Source: a virus. Taken from it: a stretch of 64,000 nt of DNA. This document shows, piece by piece, positions 56,377 to 64,000 of the stretch (the stretch's first letter is position 1; every line of letters starts with the position of its first letter). The notes under the pieces were generated by a model that had not been told where the DNA came from, searched no databases, and saw nothing but the letters and a program-made list of their open reading frames with translations. The stretch is taken from IMG/VR virus record IMGVR_UViG_3300023179_007063, positions 1 through 64,000 of that record, one strand, 5' to 3'. A program made the position numbers and the translations under genes.

Positions 56377-57360
56377 ATGAAAAAAGCGCTTGTTTGTGGA
56401 GCAGGTGGATTCATAGGATCACACCTCGTGAAGTGTCTCAAGAGAGAGGGATACTGGGTGAGAGGCGTTGATCTAAAACACCCAGAATATTCTTCTACAG
56501 CAGCTGATGAGTTTGTCATTGGAGATTTGAGAGATTTGTCTACTGTGGTTTCTGTCTTACACACAGATACTTCTTGGGGCAGGGGATTTGACGAGGTGTA
56601 TCAGCTAGCCGCAGATATGGGTGGAGCAGGTTATATCTTTACGGGTGAAAACGACTCCAATGTGATGCACAACTCCGCAACAATCAACCTTAATGTCGTT
56701 TCCTCAGTAGTCAAATTCAAGGTGATGCCCCGTGTCTTCTACTCCTCATCAGCTTGCATGTACCCAGCTTACAATCAAGAAGATCCTGAGAACCCAAAGT
56801 GCAGTGAAGAGTCAGCTTACCCAGCAGCTCCGGACAGTGAGTACGGCTGGGAGAAGCTCTTCAGTGAGCGCTTATATCTTGCGCACTCAAGAAACTTCGG
56901 TCTCCAAGTTCGAATTGCCAGATATCACAACATTTTCGGGCCAGAAGGAACCTGGAGGGGTGGCAAAGAGAAAGCTCCTGCAGCGATTTGTAGAAAGGTG
57001 GCAGAAGCAAAAGACGGTGATGAAATTGAGGTGTGGGGTGACGGTCAGCAGACCCGATCTTTCCTCTACATCGATGAATGTGTAGAAGGAACTCGAAAGC
57101 TCATGGACTCTAATTTCGAAGGACCTGTCAACATTGGATCCGATGAGATGATCAAGATACAAGATCTTGTGAAGATGGTAGCATCGTTGGCTGGGAAAGA
57201 TATTCGCATCAAGAATGTTACGGGACCCATAGGCGTCCGTGGAAGAAACTCAGACAACAAGCTAATCGAAGAGAAGCTTTGTTGGAAACCTACATCATCG
57301 TTGAAAGATGGCATCGTCAAGACTTATGAATGGATATTGAATCAAGCAAGCAAGTCATAG
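56377..57360 (+). CDS. NAD-dependent epimerase, GDP-mannose 3,5-epimerase-like
   Basis: GAGGFIG, LAADMGGAGYI, SSSACMYP, YGWEK, RYHNIFGP, GGKEKAPAA, GVRGRNSDN. Confidence 0.92.
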   Translation: MKKALVCGAGGFIGSHLVKCLKREGYWVRGVDLKHPEYSSTAADEFVIGDLRDLSTVVSVLHTDTSWGRGFDEVYQLAADMGGAGYIFTGENDSNVMHNSATINLNVVSSVVKFKVMPRVFYSSSACMYPAYNQEDPENPKCSEESAYPAAPDSEYGWEKLFSERLYLAHSRNFGLQVRIARYHNIFGPEGTWRGGKEKAPAAICRKVAEAKDGDEIEVWGDGQQTRSFLYIDECVEGTRKLMDSNFEGPVNIGSDEMIKIQDLVKMVASLAGKDIRIKNVTGPIGVRGRNSDNKLIEEKLCWKPTSSLKDGIVKTYEWILNQASKS

Positions 57361-57362
57361 AA

Positions 57363-58043
57363 ATGATATGCTACATTCACTATATGATCTCGAATGATCC
57401 TGACAGATCAGATCAAATTTTCAGAGAGATATACGACAGGTTGCAATCTTCATCACTTTTACAGAAGCTCTCTGATGTAAAAATTGTAACTGTAGGAAAC
57501 CACAAATCTCTAAAAACAAACTTTGGCGAGTATGAAAAAGCTCAACAAGTAGATCACAAAGAAAACGTCTTTGAGTACGAGTTTCCAACTCTCTCTAGAG
57601 TATACCAAGATGCACAACTTCTAGACGGCGACACTCCCATCTTGTATCTTCATCTAAAAGGAGCTTCAAAGCCCAAGAATCACTCTGATGATTCTTGGAG
57701 AGAAAGAATGATGGTCGGCGTTCTGGATAAACATGTAGAATGTCTTGAAAGTTTGCAGAATATCAGAGTCGTAGGCATCGATCTAGCTCGAGTAAAAATG
57801 AACGACGGAGAGACATGCCCTGCATATACGGGAAATTTCTGGTGGTCATCTGCAAGACACCTATCGTCACTACCCGACCCATCAGTTGAAAGCATTAAGA
57901 AGTCACATGGACATCTAGTAAAGAGTAGAACCAGCAAGAATCCGTCATCTCCGCGTGGCGATAATCACAGATACCTTGCAGAATTTTGGGTTTGCATGAA
58001 CAATCTTGATAATCCTGCTGGTCTAAGTGTACTATCGGTCTAA
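57363..58043 (+). CDS. Putative glycosyltransferase-like protein
   Basis: YEFPTL, LYLHLKG, WRERM, GNFWW, EFWV; context. Confidence 0.55.
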   Translation: MICYIHYMISNDPDRSDQIFREIYDRLQSSSLLQKLSDVKIVTVGNHKSLKTNFGEYEKAQQVDHKENVFEYEFPTLSRVYQDAQLLDGDTPILYLHLKGASKPKNHSDDSWRERMMVGVLDKHVECLESLQNIRVVGIDLARVKMNDGETCPAYTGNFWWSSARHLSSLPDPSVESIKKSHGHLVKSRTSKNPSSPRGDNHRYLAEFWVCMNNLDNPAGLSVLSV

Positions 58044-59011
58044 TGATCACATTTTTTGGTCTGAATGATAGAGATCACATACAAGAATTCCAACACCGCT
58101 TGTTGGAAAGAAATGTTGGTCCTGATAGCGTGCATGACAAAAGTCTATCTACAGAATCCATAGGAAGAAATCTTTCTGCCTTCGTGTGGCAAGAAGATGG
58201 AAAAAGACTGCTCGTAATACTAGACGTCGACGACGGTAGCGGAGGAACACCTGCCGACTGTAAGATAGTCTGGCCGTCTTACAACAACATACTTCATCGT
58301 TATAGACCTCACGACGTAATGGTGTTGAAGTCACAGGTTCATCCCGTAGATGAGTACAATCAGTTCTATCCATTCAAAGAAGACGTTCTACCCATAGGTG
58401 TTTTTAGCAACAAAATAAAAGACGTCTTCAGTATGAGAGAGAAATTTGCACCTGTCACAAAAGACATCGACGTCTTTTTTGCGGGCGGTCTCAAGCATTC
58501 AAAGAACAGACCATATGCTTGGCCCAAGAATAGAGACATCAAGAGATGGTGGTCAGGAGCATCTGTCAGGGGATACGACAAGCTCTTAGAGATAAGAGAG
58601 AATAGAAGGGACATAAAATTCGAGCTATTCGACGAATCTGTATCACCAGATGACTTTTACAATCTCGTGAGAAGAAGCAAAATATGCATCGATCTACCCG
58701 GTGTCGGTCTTTCTTCAAGAAAATTCTATGAATTCATGGTTTTTGGTAAGTGCGTTTTGTCGCTTAGACAGCAACTCACGCCCTGGGAATGCCAAGAGAA
58801 CGTTCACTATAGATCAATGGGAGAAGATCTAGACTTCGAAACGCTAGAAAGTGAAATAGACAACCTCTTGAGATCAGATGAATCACGAATTGCAATAGAA
58901 GAGAATGTTCGATCGATAGAGACACAACTCACACTTGAACACATGATCACAAGAGCTGAAAGATCTATAAGAGAAAAAGCTAAAAATGCAACCCAAAGAC
59001 TCACGTACTAA
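58043..59011 (+). CDS. Glycosyltransferase (GT-B, exostosin/CgeB-like C-terminus)
   Basis: KDIDVFFAG, RSKICIDLPGVG..RKFYE..GKCVL. Confidence 0.72.
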   Translation: MITFFGLNDRDHIQEFQHRLLERNVGPDSVHDKSLSTESIGRNLSAFVWQEDGKRLLVILDVDDGSGGTPADCKIVWPSYNNILHRYRPHDVMVLKSQVHPVDEYNQFYPFKEDVLPIGVFSNKIKDVFSMREKFAPVTKDIDVFFAGGLKHSKNRPYAWPKNRDIKRWWSGASVRGYDKLLEIRENRRDIKFELFDESVSPDDFYNLVRRSKICIDLPGVGLSSRKFYEFMVFGKCVLSLRQQLTPWECQENVHYRSMGEDLDFETLESEIDNLLRSDESRIAIEENVRSIETQLTLEHMITRAERSIREKAKNATQRLTY

Positions 59012-59765
59012 CACAGTTGGAATTCTAGGGTTTGGAGAGATAGGTCGCGCTCTACACGAGGTTTATGCTTTAAGTAGCAAAAGCTTCAATGTCAAAGTCA
59101 AGGACTTAGAGAGAGATGACGGTCTGGTCGACTTAGATGTGCTAAACATAGCATTGCCCTTTAACGACTCTTTTGATTTCATTCGGACCGTTGAAGAGGC
59201 TGCAATTCTCTCTGGGTCAAAGATTGTAATCATTCACTCTACAGTACCTGTAGGCACAACAAAGAAGCTGAAGCAGTCACTAACGTCTGCAGCGGTTTGT
59301 CACTCACCCTGCAGGGGAGTTCATCCGAATCTCTTCGAAGGAATTATGACTTTCGAGAAAATCATCGGAGCTACTTCGCAAGAAGATGCGCGCTTGGCGT
59401 CTATCCATCTTGAAGAGCTAGGAATTAAGACGCGTATTTGTACCAATTCAGAGACTACTGAGTTAGCAAAGCTACTAGACACGACGTATTACGGTCTATG
59501 CATTGCATTTCATGGCGAGGCTGCTAAAGCATGTGAGAAGCTTGGAGCCGACTTCGAAGATGTCATGACTTCATACAACACAACATACAATGAAGGCTAC
59601 ACAAAACTAGGAAAGAAGAATGTAGTTAGACCAGTACTACATGCACCTACTAACGGCATTGGCGGACATTGCGTGGTTCAAAATGCTGAACTGTTAAAGA
59701 AGCAAATTGAGTCCGACGTATTAGATTTGATTATCTCATACAAGAAAGCTAATCAGCATGAGTAA
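58986..59765 (+). CDS. UDP-glucose/GDP-mannose dehydrogenase family, short form
   Basis: GFGEIG, HSTVPVGTT, ELAKL, GIGGHC. Confidence 0.85.
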   Translation: MQPKDSRTNTVGILGFGEIGRALHEVYALSSKSFNVKVKDLERDDGLVDLDVLNIALPFNDSFDFIRTVEEAAILSGSKIVIIHSTVPVGTTKKLKQSLTSAAVCHSPCRGVHPNLFEGIMTFEKIIGATSQEDARLASIHLEELGIKTRICTNSETTELAKLLDTTYYGLCIAFHGEAAKACEKLGADFEDVMTSYNTTYNEGYTKLGKKNVVRPVLHAPTNGIGGHCVVQNAELLKKQIESDVLDLIISYKKANQHE

Positions 59766-60693
59766 GTCAATTGCAGTTATTGGTCAAGGATTCGTCGGCG
59801 GGTCTCTCACCACAGTATTTTCTGAGAGAAACTTTGAAGTCTATGCCTATGACAAAGCAGGCAACTACGCAACGGGAGCCTGGAGAAGCGGCGAAGACGG
59901 AACGAGACTGCCACAAAGGCCAACATCCATCAAAGACCTAGTTGAACTTTGTGAATCAAAAGAAAACTTTTCCAACGTCTACTTCGTGTGTCTTCCGACT
60001 CCCATGTACGAGGACGGCTCGGCGGACCTCAGAATAGTGGAAGGAGTGCTAGAGGAGTTAGCATCTGTCCCTGGTGAGAGGATCGCAGTTGTCAAGTCCA
60101 CAGTTCCACCTGGTTCTACAGAGAAGTGGAACGAGGCGTTCGGACCTCGAGGTCTCCACGTGGTCTTCAACCCAGAGTTCCTCACAGAAGCCAACGCGCT
60201 TGATGACATGCGCAACCAGAACCGCATCATCCTCGGCGGACCTCGTCCTTGGATCAACGAAGTAAAGCAAGTCTTCCAGACTGCATTCCCGAAGGTTCCA
60301 CTAATCAAAACGTCTAGCACTACGGCTGAAATGGTGAAGTACATGACCAACAACTTCCTCACCGTCAAGGTAGCCTTCGCTAACGAGATGGCACAGATCT
60401 GCGAGGCTCTAGACAAATCCGGTCTAAATGTGGACTATGACAAGGTGGTCGAATATGCGAAGTACGACAGGCGCCTAGGAGAGAGTCACTGGAGTGTACC
60501 TGGCCCTGACGGCGATCGAGGTTTCGGAGGCCACTGCTTTCCGAAGGACATTAATGCTATGATCAGAGTTGCAGAGAGTTTAGACGTGTGCCCCTTAGTC
60601 CTACAATCTGCATGGAACAAGAACAGAGAGGTCAGAAAAGACCTAGACTGGGAGAAGCAAGTAGGTCGCGCTGTCTCCAAGAAAACCTGTTAA
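59758..60693 (+). CDS. UDP-glucose/GDP-mannose dehydrogenase family
   Basis: GQGFVG, LPTP, KSTVPPG, NPEFL, EMVKY..N, GFGGHCFPKD. Confidence 0.92.
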   Translation: MSKSIAVIGQGFVGGSLTTVFSERNFEVYAYDKAGNYATGAWRSGEDGTRLPQRPTSIKDLVELCESKENFSNVYFVCLPTPMYEDGSADLRIVEGVLEELASVPGERIAVVKSTVPPGSTEKWNEAFGPRGLHVVFNPEFLTEANALDDMRNQNRIILGGPRPWINEVKQVFQTAFPKVPLIKTSSTTAEMVKYMTNNFLTVKVAFANEMAQICEALDKSGLNVDYDKVVEYAKYDRRLGESHWSVPGPDGDRGFGGHCFPKDINAMIRVAESLDVCPLVLQSAWNKNREVRKDLDWEKQVGRAVSKKTC

Positions 60694-60723
60694 TTGAACT
60701 GTTGAGTCTCTGCACTGTATGGT
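60694..60723 (+). promoter_or_regulatory. Sigma70-type promoter TTGAAC-N18-TATGGT, leaderless spacing
   Basis: -10 ends 6 nt before ATG 60730; no SD sequence. Confidence 0.5.
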
Positions 60724-60729
60724 CTTACA

Positions 60730-61545
60730 ATGCAAGACAAGTCGTCCTTCGAGATTCTTCCGACAGGAAAGCCGCACGTTTCTTTCTCTGAAGTGAAACA
60801 GTGGAAGGAGTGCTCCTTCCGACACCACCTCGTTCACGTCAAGAAGCTCGATGTCTTCAAGCCTTCACCCGTGCTAGAGTTCGGTACTGCAGTACACGCG
60901 GCGTGCGAGGACTACCTGTTGACACGCGTCATGAAGGTAGAGATCGCACACGCAGCGATACAGGACGCCTGGAAGAAGAACGAAAATATCGAAGAATTCA
61001 ACGAGCGTTCCCTCAATGAGGCGCTCAGAGATTCTTCTGCCATACTCTCTGAGGTCCCGGCGTTCCTCGATGAGACCTTTCCCGAGTGGACCGTGGTGGA
61101 CGCTGAACACGAACTCTATGAGTCCATCGAGGGTCATCCGCACGCCTTCAAGGGATTCATCGACGGAGTCATCAAGGCGAAGGGCAAGAAGGGAGAGGAC
61201 CTCTACTGGATCCTCGACTGGAAGACCTCTGCGCGAGGCTGGTTCCGCGAGAAGCGGTCAGACGACATGGTGAAGGCGCAGTTGGCGCTCTACAAGAACT
61301 TCTGGCACAAGAAGAATCCCCAGGTCCCGTTCAAGGACATCCGTTGCGGTTTCGTCATCCTCAAGAAGAGTGGTAAGCCTGGTACTCACTGTGAACTCTT
61401 CACCGTTCCCATGGGTGAGGTCCCCATCACGCGGTCGCTCAAGGTGGTGAGTAACATGATCGCATCTGTCAAGCGGGGCATGTCAATCAAGAACAAGAGT
61501 TCATGCACGTACTGTGAGTTCCGAGAGACAGAACACTGTCCGTAA
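60730..61545 (+). CDS. PD-(D/E)XK exonuclease, Cas4/AddB-like with Fe-S staple cysteines
   Basis: SFSE...C, GTAVH, GFIDG, LDWKT, QLALY, CTYC..C. Confidence 0.88.
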   Translation: MQDKSSFEILPTGKPHVSFSEVKQWKECSFRHHLVHVKKLDVFKPSPVLEFGTAVHAACEDYLLTRVMKVEIAHAAIQDAWKKNENIEEFNERSLNEALRDSSAILSEVPAFLDETFPEWTVVDAEHELYESIEGHPHAFKGFIDGVIKAKGKKGEDLYWILDWKTSARGWFREKRSDDMVKAQLALYKNFWHKKNPQVPFKDIRCGFVILKKSGKPGTHCELFTVPMGEVPITRSLKVVSNMIASVKRGMSIKNKSSCTYCEFRETEHCP

Positions 61546-61572
61546 TACTTCAGCGTTGTTTCATTTCATGAG

Positions 61573-61897
61573 ATAGTTCTTATAGAATTATCGACACTGC
61601 AATCCTGAAAGTATGAGTCCAATTTTTTCCATCATGTCAAAAATGCATGCCCACGAGATATGGACAAACGATGCAAAAAGACTGGAAACAATTGCTTCGA
61701 TAGGGTATAGAATCCTCGTCATACGGGAGAGCGAATACAAGAATGGATCTTGGGTTGATAAGCTCGACCGATGGCTGGAGGAAAATGGAAAAGAAAAAGA
61801 TATTGATACTGTCAGACCATCCGTGAACGACCACAGCTCAGCGGATGTAAAATTGGGTGAATTGCTGGAAACTCGTGGGATAGACACCACAGCGTGA
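61573..61897 (+). pseudogene. Eroded Vsr/DUF559-like (EDxHD-type) homing endonuclease
   Basis: Fragments across shifting frames: IVLIE, HCNPE, YESNFFHHVK, MHAHEIWTNDAKRL..GYRILVIRESE. N-terminus and the GDYW part of the core are missing; frame runs over the GT exon 1 into the intron. Confidence 0.6.
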
Positions 61898-63301
61898 CTG
61901 GAAACGGTGAGCGCGAAGGTCAAAAAGTCTTACTATACGACAATCAGCAGCCAAGCTCCTAAGGAGAAATTCTGGAGAAGGTTCAGAGACTACGGTTAGC
62001 CTAAATCAAAAAGACACGGCAATGATCCGACAGCGCCCAACACCAAATCAAGTATGGTGATGATATAGTCCAAAACTTTTTGTAAAGTGAGCACCTCCGG
62101 AGTAGGCACACAGGCCCGATGGCTTGTATCAGGTCTGATAGAAACAGGCAAGTATTCGTTCAGATGCTTCGGCGGAGCGATTAAGCATGACAACTACGAT
62201 ACGGTCGTAGTCAACCCTGACTTCATCATCAAGCCTACAAACGGCTTCGGTGATAGAAATCTTCTACGCAAGACGCTGGCTCAGGTGAAGCCTGATGCCC
62301 TGATGCTGTTTACTGACCCACGTTTCTTCATGTGGGTCTGGGAGATGGAGGACGAGATCCACCAGATGTGCCCAATCGTCTATTGGCACTTGTGGGACAA
62401 TCCTCCCTGGCCTGAGTTCAATCGTCACATCTATGAGTCGACCGACCTCGTCAACTGCATCAACTATCCGACATACAAGATGGTACACGAGAGGTTCCCA
62501 GAGAAGACAAACTACATTCCTCACGCTGTTCCCGAAGATCTATACAAGCCGCTTCCGAAAGAAGACGTTAGGAAGTTCAAAGCAGCGCTCTTAGGCAATG
62601 AAAAGGTCGACCACTTTACGCCGATGTACGTCAGTCGTAATGCGAGGAGAAAAGTTCCGAGCGACATCATAGAGTCGTGGAAGATTTTCTTGGATGACCT
62701 TGAGGCAAAGTACGGCCACAGGAAGGCGACTCTGATCCTCCACACAGACCCACTTGATCAAGAGGGAACAAATTTATTTATGCTTGTCGACCTCTTTGGC
62801 GTGAAAGACAACGTCGTCTTCTCCAAGGAGAGAATAGGCTTCCAGGAGATGAGCACCCTCTACAACGTTTGCGACTGTGTCGTCAACCGGTCTATGAATG
62901 AGGGCTTCGGTCTACCTGTTCTAGAGTCGATTCTATGTGGCAAGCCGCCGATAGTTGTGAAGACAGGCGGTTTGACACGACAGGTATACGACGATGAGAC
63001 AGGTGAAAAATACGGTATCGGTCTGGACCCTGAAGTTCGAACTCTCGCTGGTAATCACTTCGTTCCCTACATCTATGAAGACTTCGTGTCTCACAAGACT
63101 TTCGCAAATGCATTCATGGAGATGTATGAACTCGGTCCTGAGGGGAGAGCGGCACTTGGCAACAAGGCAAGAGAGAGAGCGAAGAAAGAGTATAATCTCA
63201 AGAAAGTCGTCTCTGACTGGGACAACACTCTCGATTCAACGATCTCTAGGTGGAGAGATGATAGAAAGTCCTTCGACAGATGGAGCAAGATAGAACTATG
63301 A
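61785..63301 (+). CDS. Glycosyltransferase family 4, split by group I intron (exon 1 61785-61824, exon 2 62088-63301; 417 aa spliced)
   Basis: GGAGG RBS + ATG 61785. Spliced N-term MEKKKILILSDHP-L-STSGVGTQARW; RNARRK; NEGFGLPVLE. Confidence 0.9.
61825..62087 (+). ncRNA. Group I self-splicing intron, 263 nt, no internal ORF (probably subgroup IA)
   Basis: P1 CATCCGT/GCGGATG with U-G at the 5' splice site; P10 GCTCA/TGAGC; P3 TTGGGTG/CGCCCAA; P4 TTGCTG/CAGCAG; P7 GACTA/TAGTC within GTTCAGAGACTA and GATATAGTCC; P8 CACCA/TGGTG; terminal G at 62087. Confidence 0.95.
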
Positions 63302-64000
63302 GCACCACCACTCTTAAGAAATCAGTACTTCTCCGCGGACCGCTTCTGACTCAGTCAGGTTACGGAGTCCATGCACGACAGATCGCGGCTTGGGCGATAG
63401 GAAGAGACGACTTCGAAGTGCAAGTACAAGCTACTCCGTGGGGTGAAACTCCGTGGATCATAGACGAAAGCGCTTGTGGTGGTCTCATCAGAAGCATCAT
63501 GGAAAGGACAGTCGACCCAGGAAATAAGCTGTACGACATCACAGTACAGATTCAACTACCGAATGAGTGGAATCCATCGCTAGGTCGATTCAACATTGGC
63601 GTCACGGCAGCAGTAGAGACTGACACGTGCCACCCATCCTGGCCAGAATATTGCAACAAAATGTCAGCTGTGGTTGTTCCATCAGAGCATGCAAAGAGCT
63701 GCCTGTTGTCATCTGGTAAGATCACAGTCCCGATCCTAGTGATACCCGAAGCTTACAACGATGCAATCGTTGCCGCCGAGAAGACACACATCGATGAAGT
63801 CAAGTTCTCAACACCTTTCAACTTCTTAGTCTTCGGTCAGATGACAGGCAGCAATCCAGAGAATGACAGGAAGAACCTCTTCTACACTGTCAAGTGGTTC
63901 TGTGAGGCGTTCAAAGATAACCAGGAAGTAGGCCTGGTCTTGAAGACTAATATGGGAAGAAACACAAAGCTCGATAGACGACTCGTGACTAACTTGTTGC
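63298..64000 (+). CDS. Glycosyltransferase family 4 (partial, runs off window end; absent from ORF track)
   Basis: ATG 63298 overlaps the upstream TGA: MSTTTLKKSVLLRGPLLTQSGYGVHAR...QLPNEW...VETD...VVPSEHAK...DRKNL. Confidence 0.85.
   Translation, partial: MSTTTLKKSVLLRGPLLTQSGYGVHARQIAAWAIGRDDFEVQVQATPWGETPWIIDESACGGLIRSIMERTVDPGNKLYDITVQIQLPNEWNPSLGRFNIGVTAAVETDTCHPSWPEYCNKMSAVVVPSEHAKSCLLSSGKITVPILVIPEAYNDAIVAAEKTHIDEVKFSTPFNFLVFGQMTGSNPENDRKNLFYTVKWFCEAFKDNQEVGLVLKTNMGRNTKLDRRLVTNLL

Noticed and set aside
60730-61545. Cas4-like nuclease as part of a CRISPR-Cas system
   Set aside because: No array, cas1/cas2 or effector genes in the window; solo Cas4-like exonucleases are common in phages.
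62087-62089. GTG start of the 404-aa GT in the ORF track
   Set aside because: The G is the intron's terminal G; there is no RBS, and the first beta-strand is encoded in exon 1.
1-64000. Stop-codon reassignment as seen in some large phages
   Set aside because: Core genes are full length in code 11, TAA, TAG and TGA all end genes, and coding density is high.
1-64000. tRNA or rRNA genes
   Set aside because: Intergenic gaps are short and none showed a cloverleaf with T-loop/D-loop consensus by eye; a tRNAscan run would confirm.

Overview
This window is part of a large, T4-like (jumbo-type) tailed phage genome read in the standard genetic code. The minus strand from about 1 to 44.2 kb carries four blocks. 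(1) A head module: gp23-like major capsid protein, acidic scaffold, peptide deformylase, gp21-like prohead protease, a portal protein with an HNH intein, and the terminase large subunit. (2) A recombination/replication block: a single-chain SbcD-SbcC fusion, primase, RuvC-like resolvase and TnsA/gp4-family nucleases. (3) Seven large probable tail/baseplate genes. (4) A host-takeover/proteostasis block: PIN-PhoH, a stand-alone sigma region-4 protein (on +), an Hc1 histone-like protein, DinG helicase, ClpP and a degenerate GroEL-like protein. The plus strand from 44.3 kb to the window end is a ~20 kb glycan-biosynthesis island with about 13 glycosyltransferase-like genes, 3 methyltransferases, a 2OG-Fe(II) oxygenase, an epimerase and two nucleotide-sugar dehydrogenases. 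Several things missing from the ORF track were read directly from the sequence: a 263-nt ORF-less group I intron splitting a glycosyltransferase (61825-62087), with an eroded homing-endonuclease gene overlapping its 5' exon; a carbamoyltransferase reduced to its fused N- and C-terminal stubs (49973-50109); a recurrent ATAYTTA late-promoter-like motif and sigma70/T4-early-like promoters, often spaced for leaderless mRNAs; a shared N-terminal LRxIIxEE motif in four probable internal head proteins; and partial genes at both window edges. All functional calls come from motif recognition by eye; no database searches were run.
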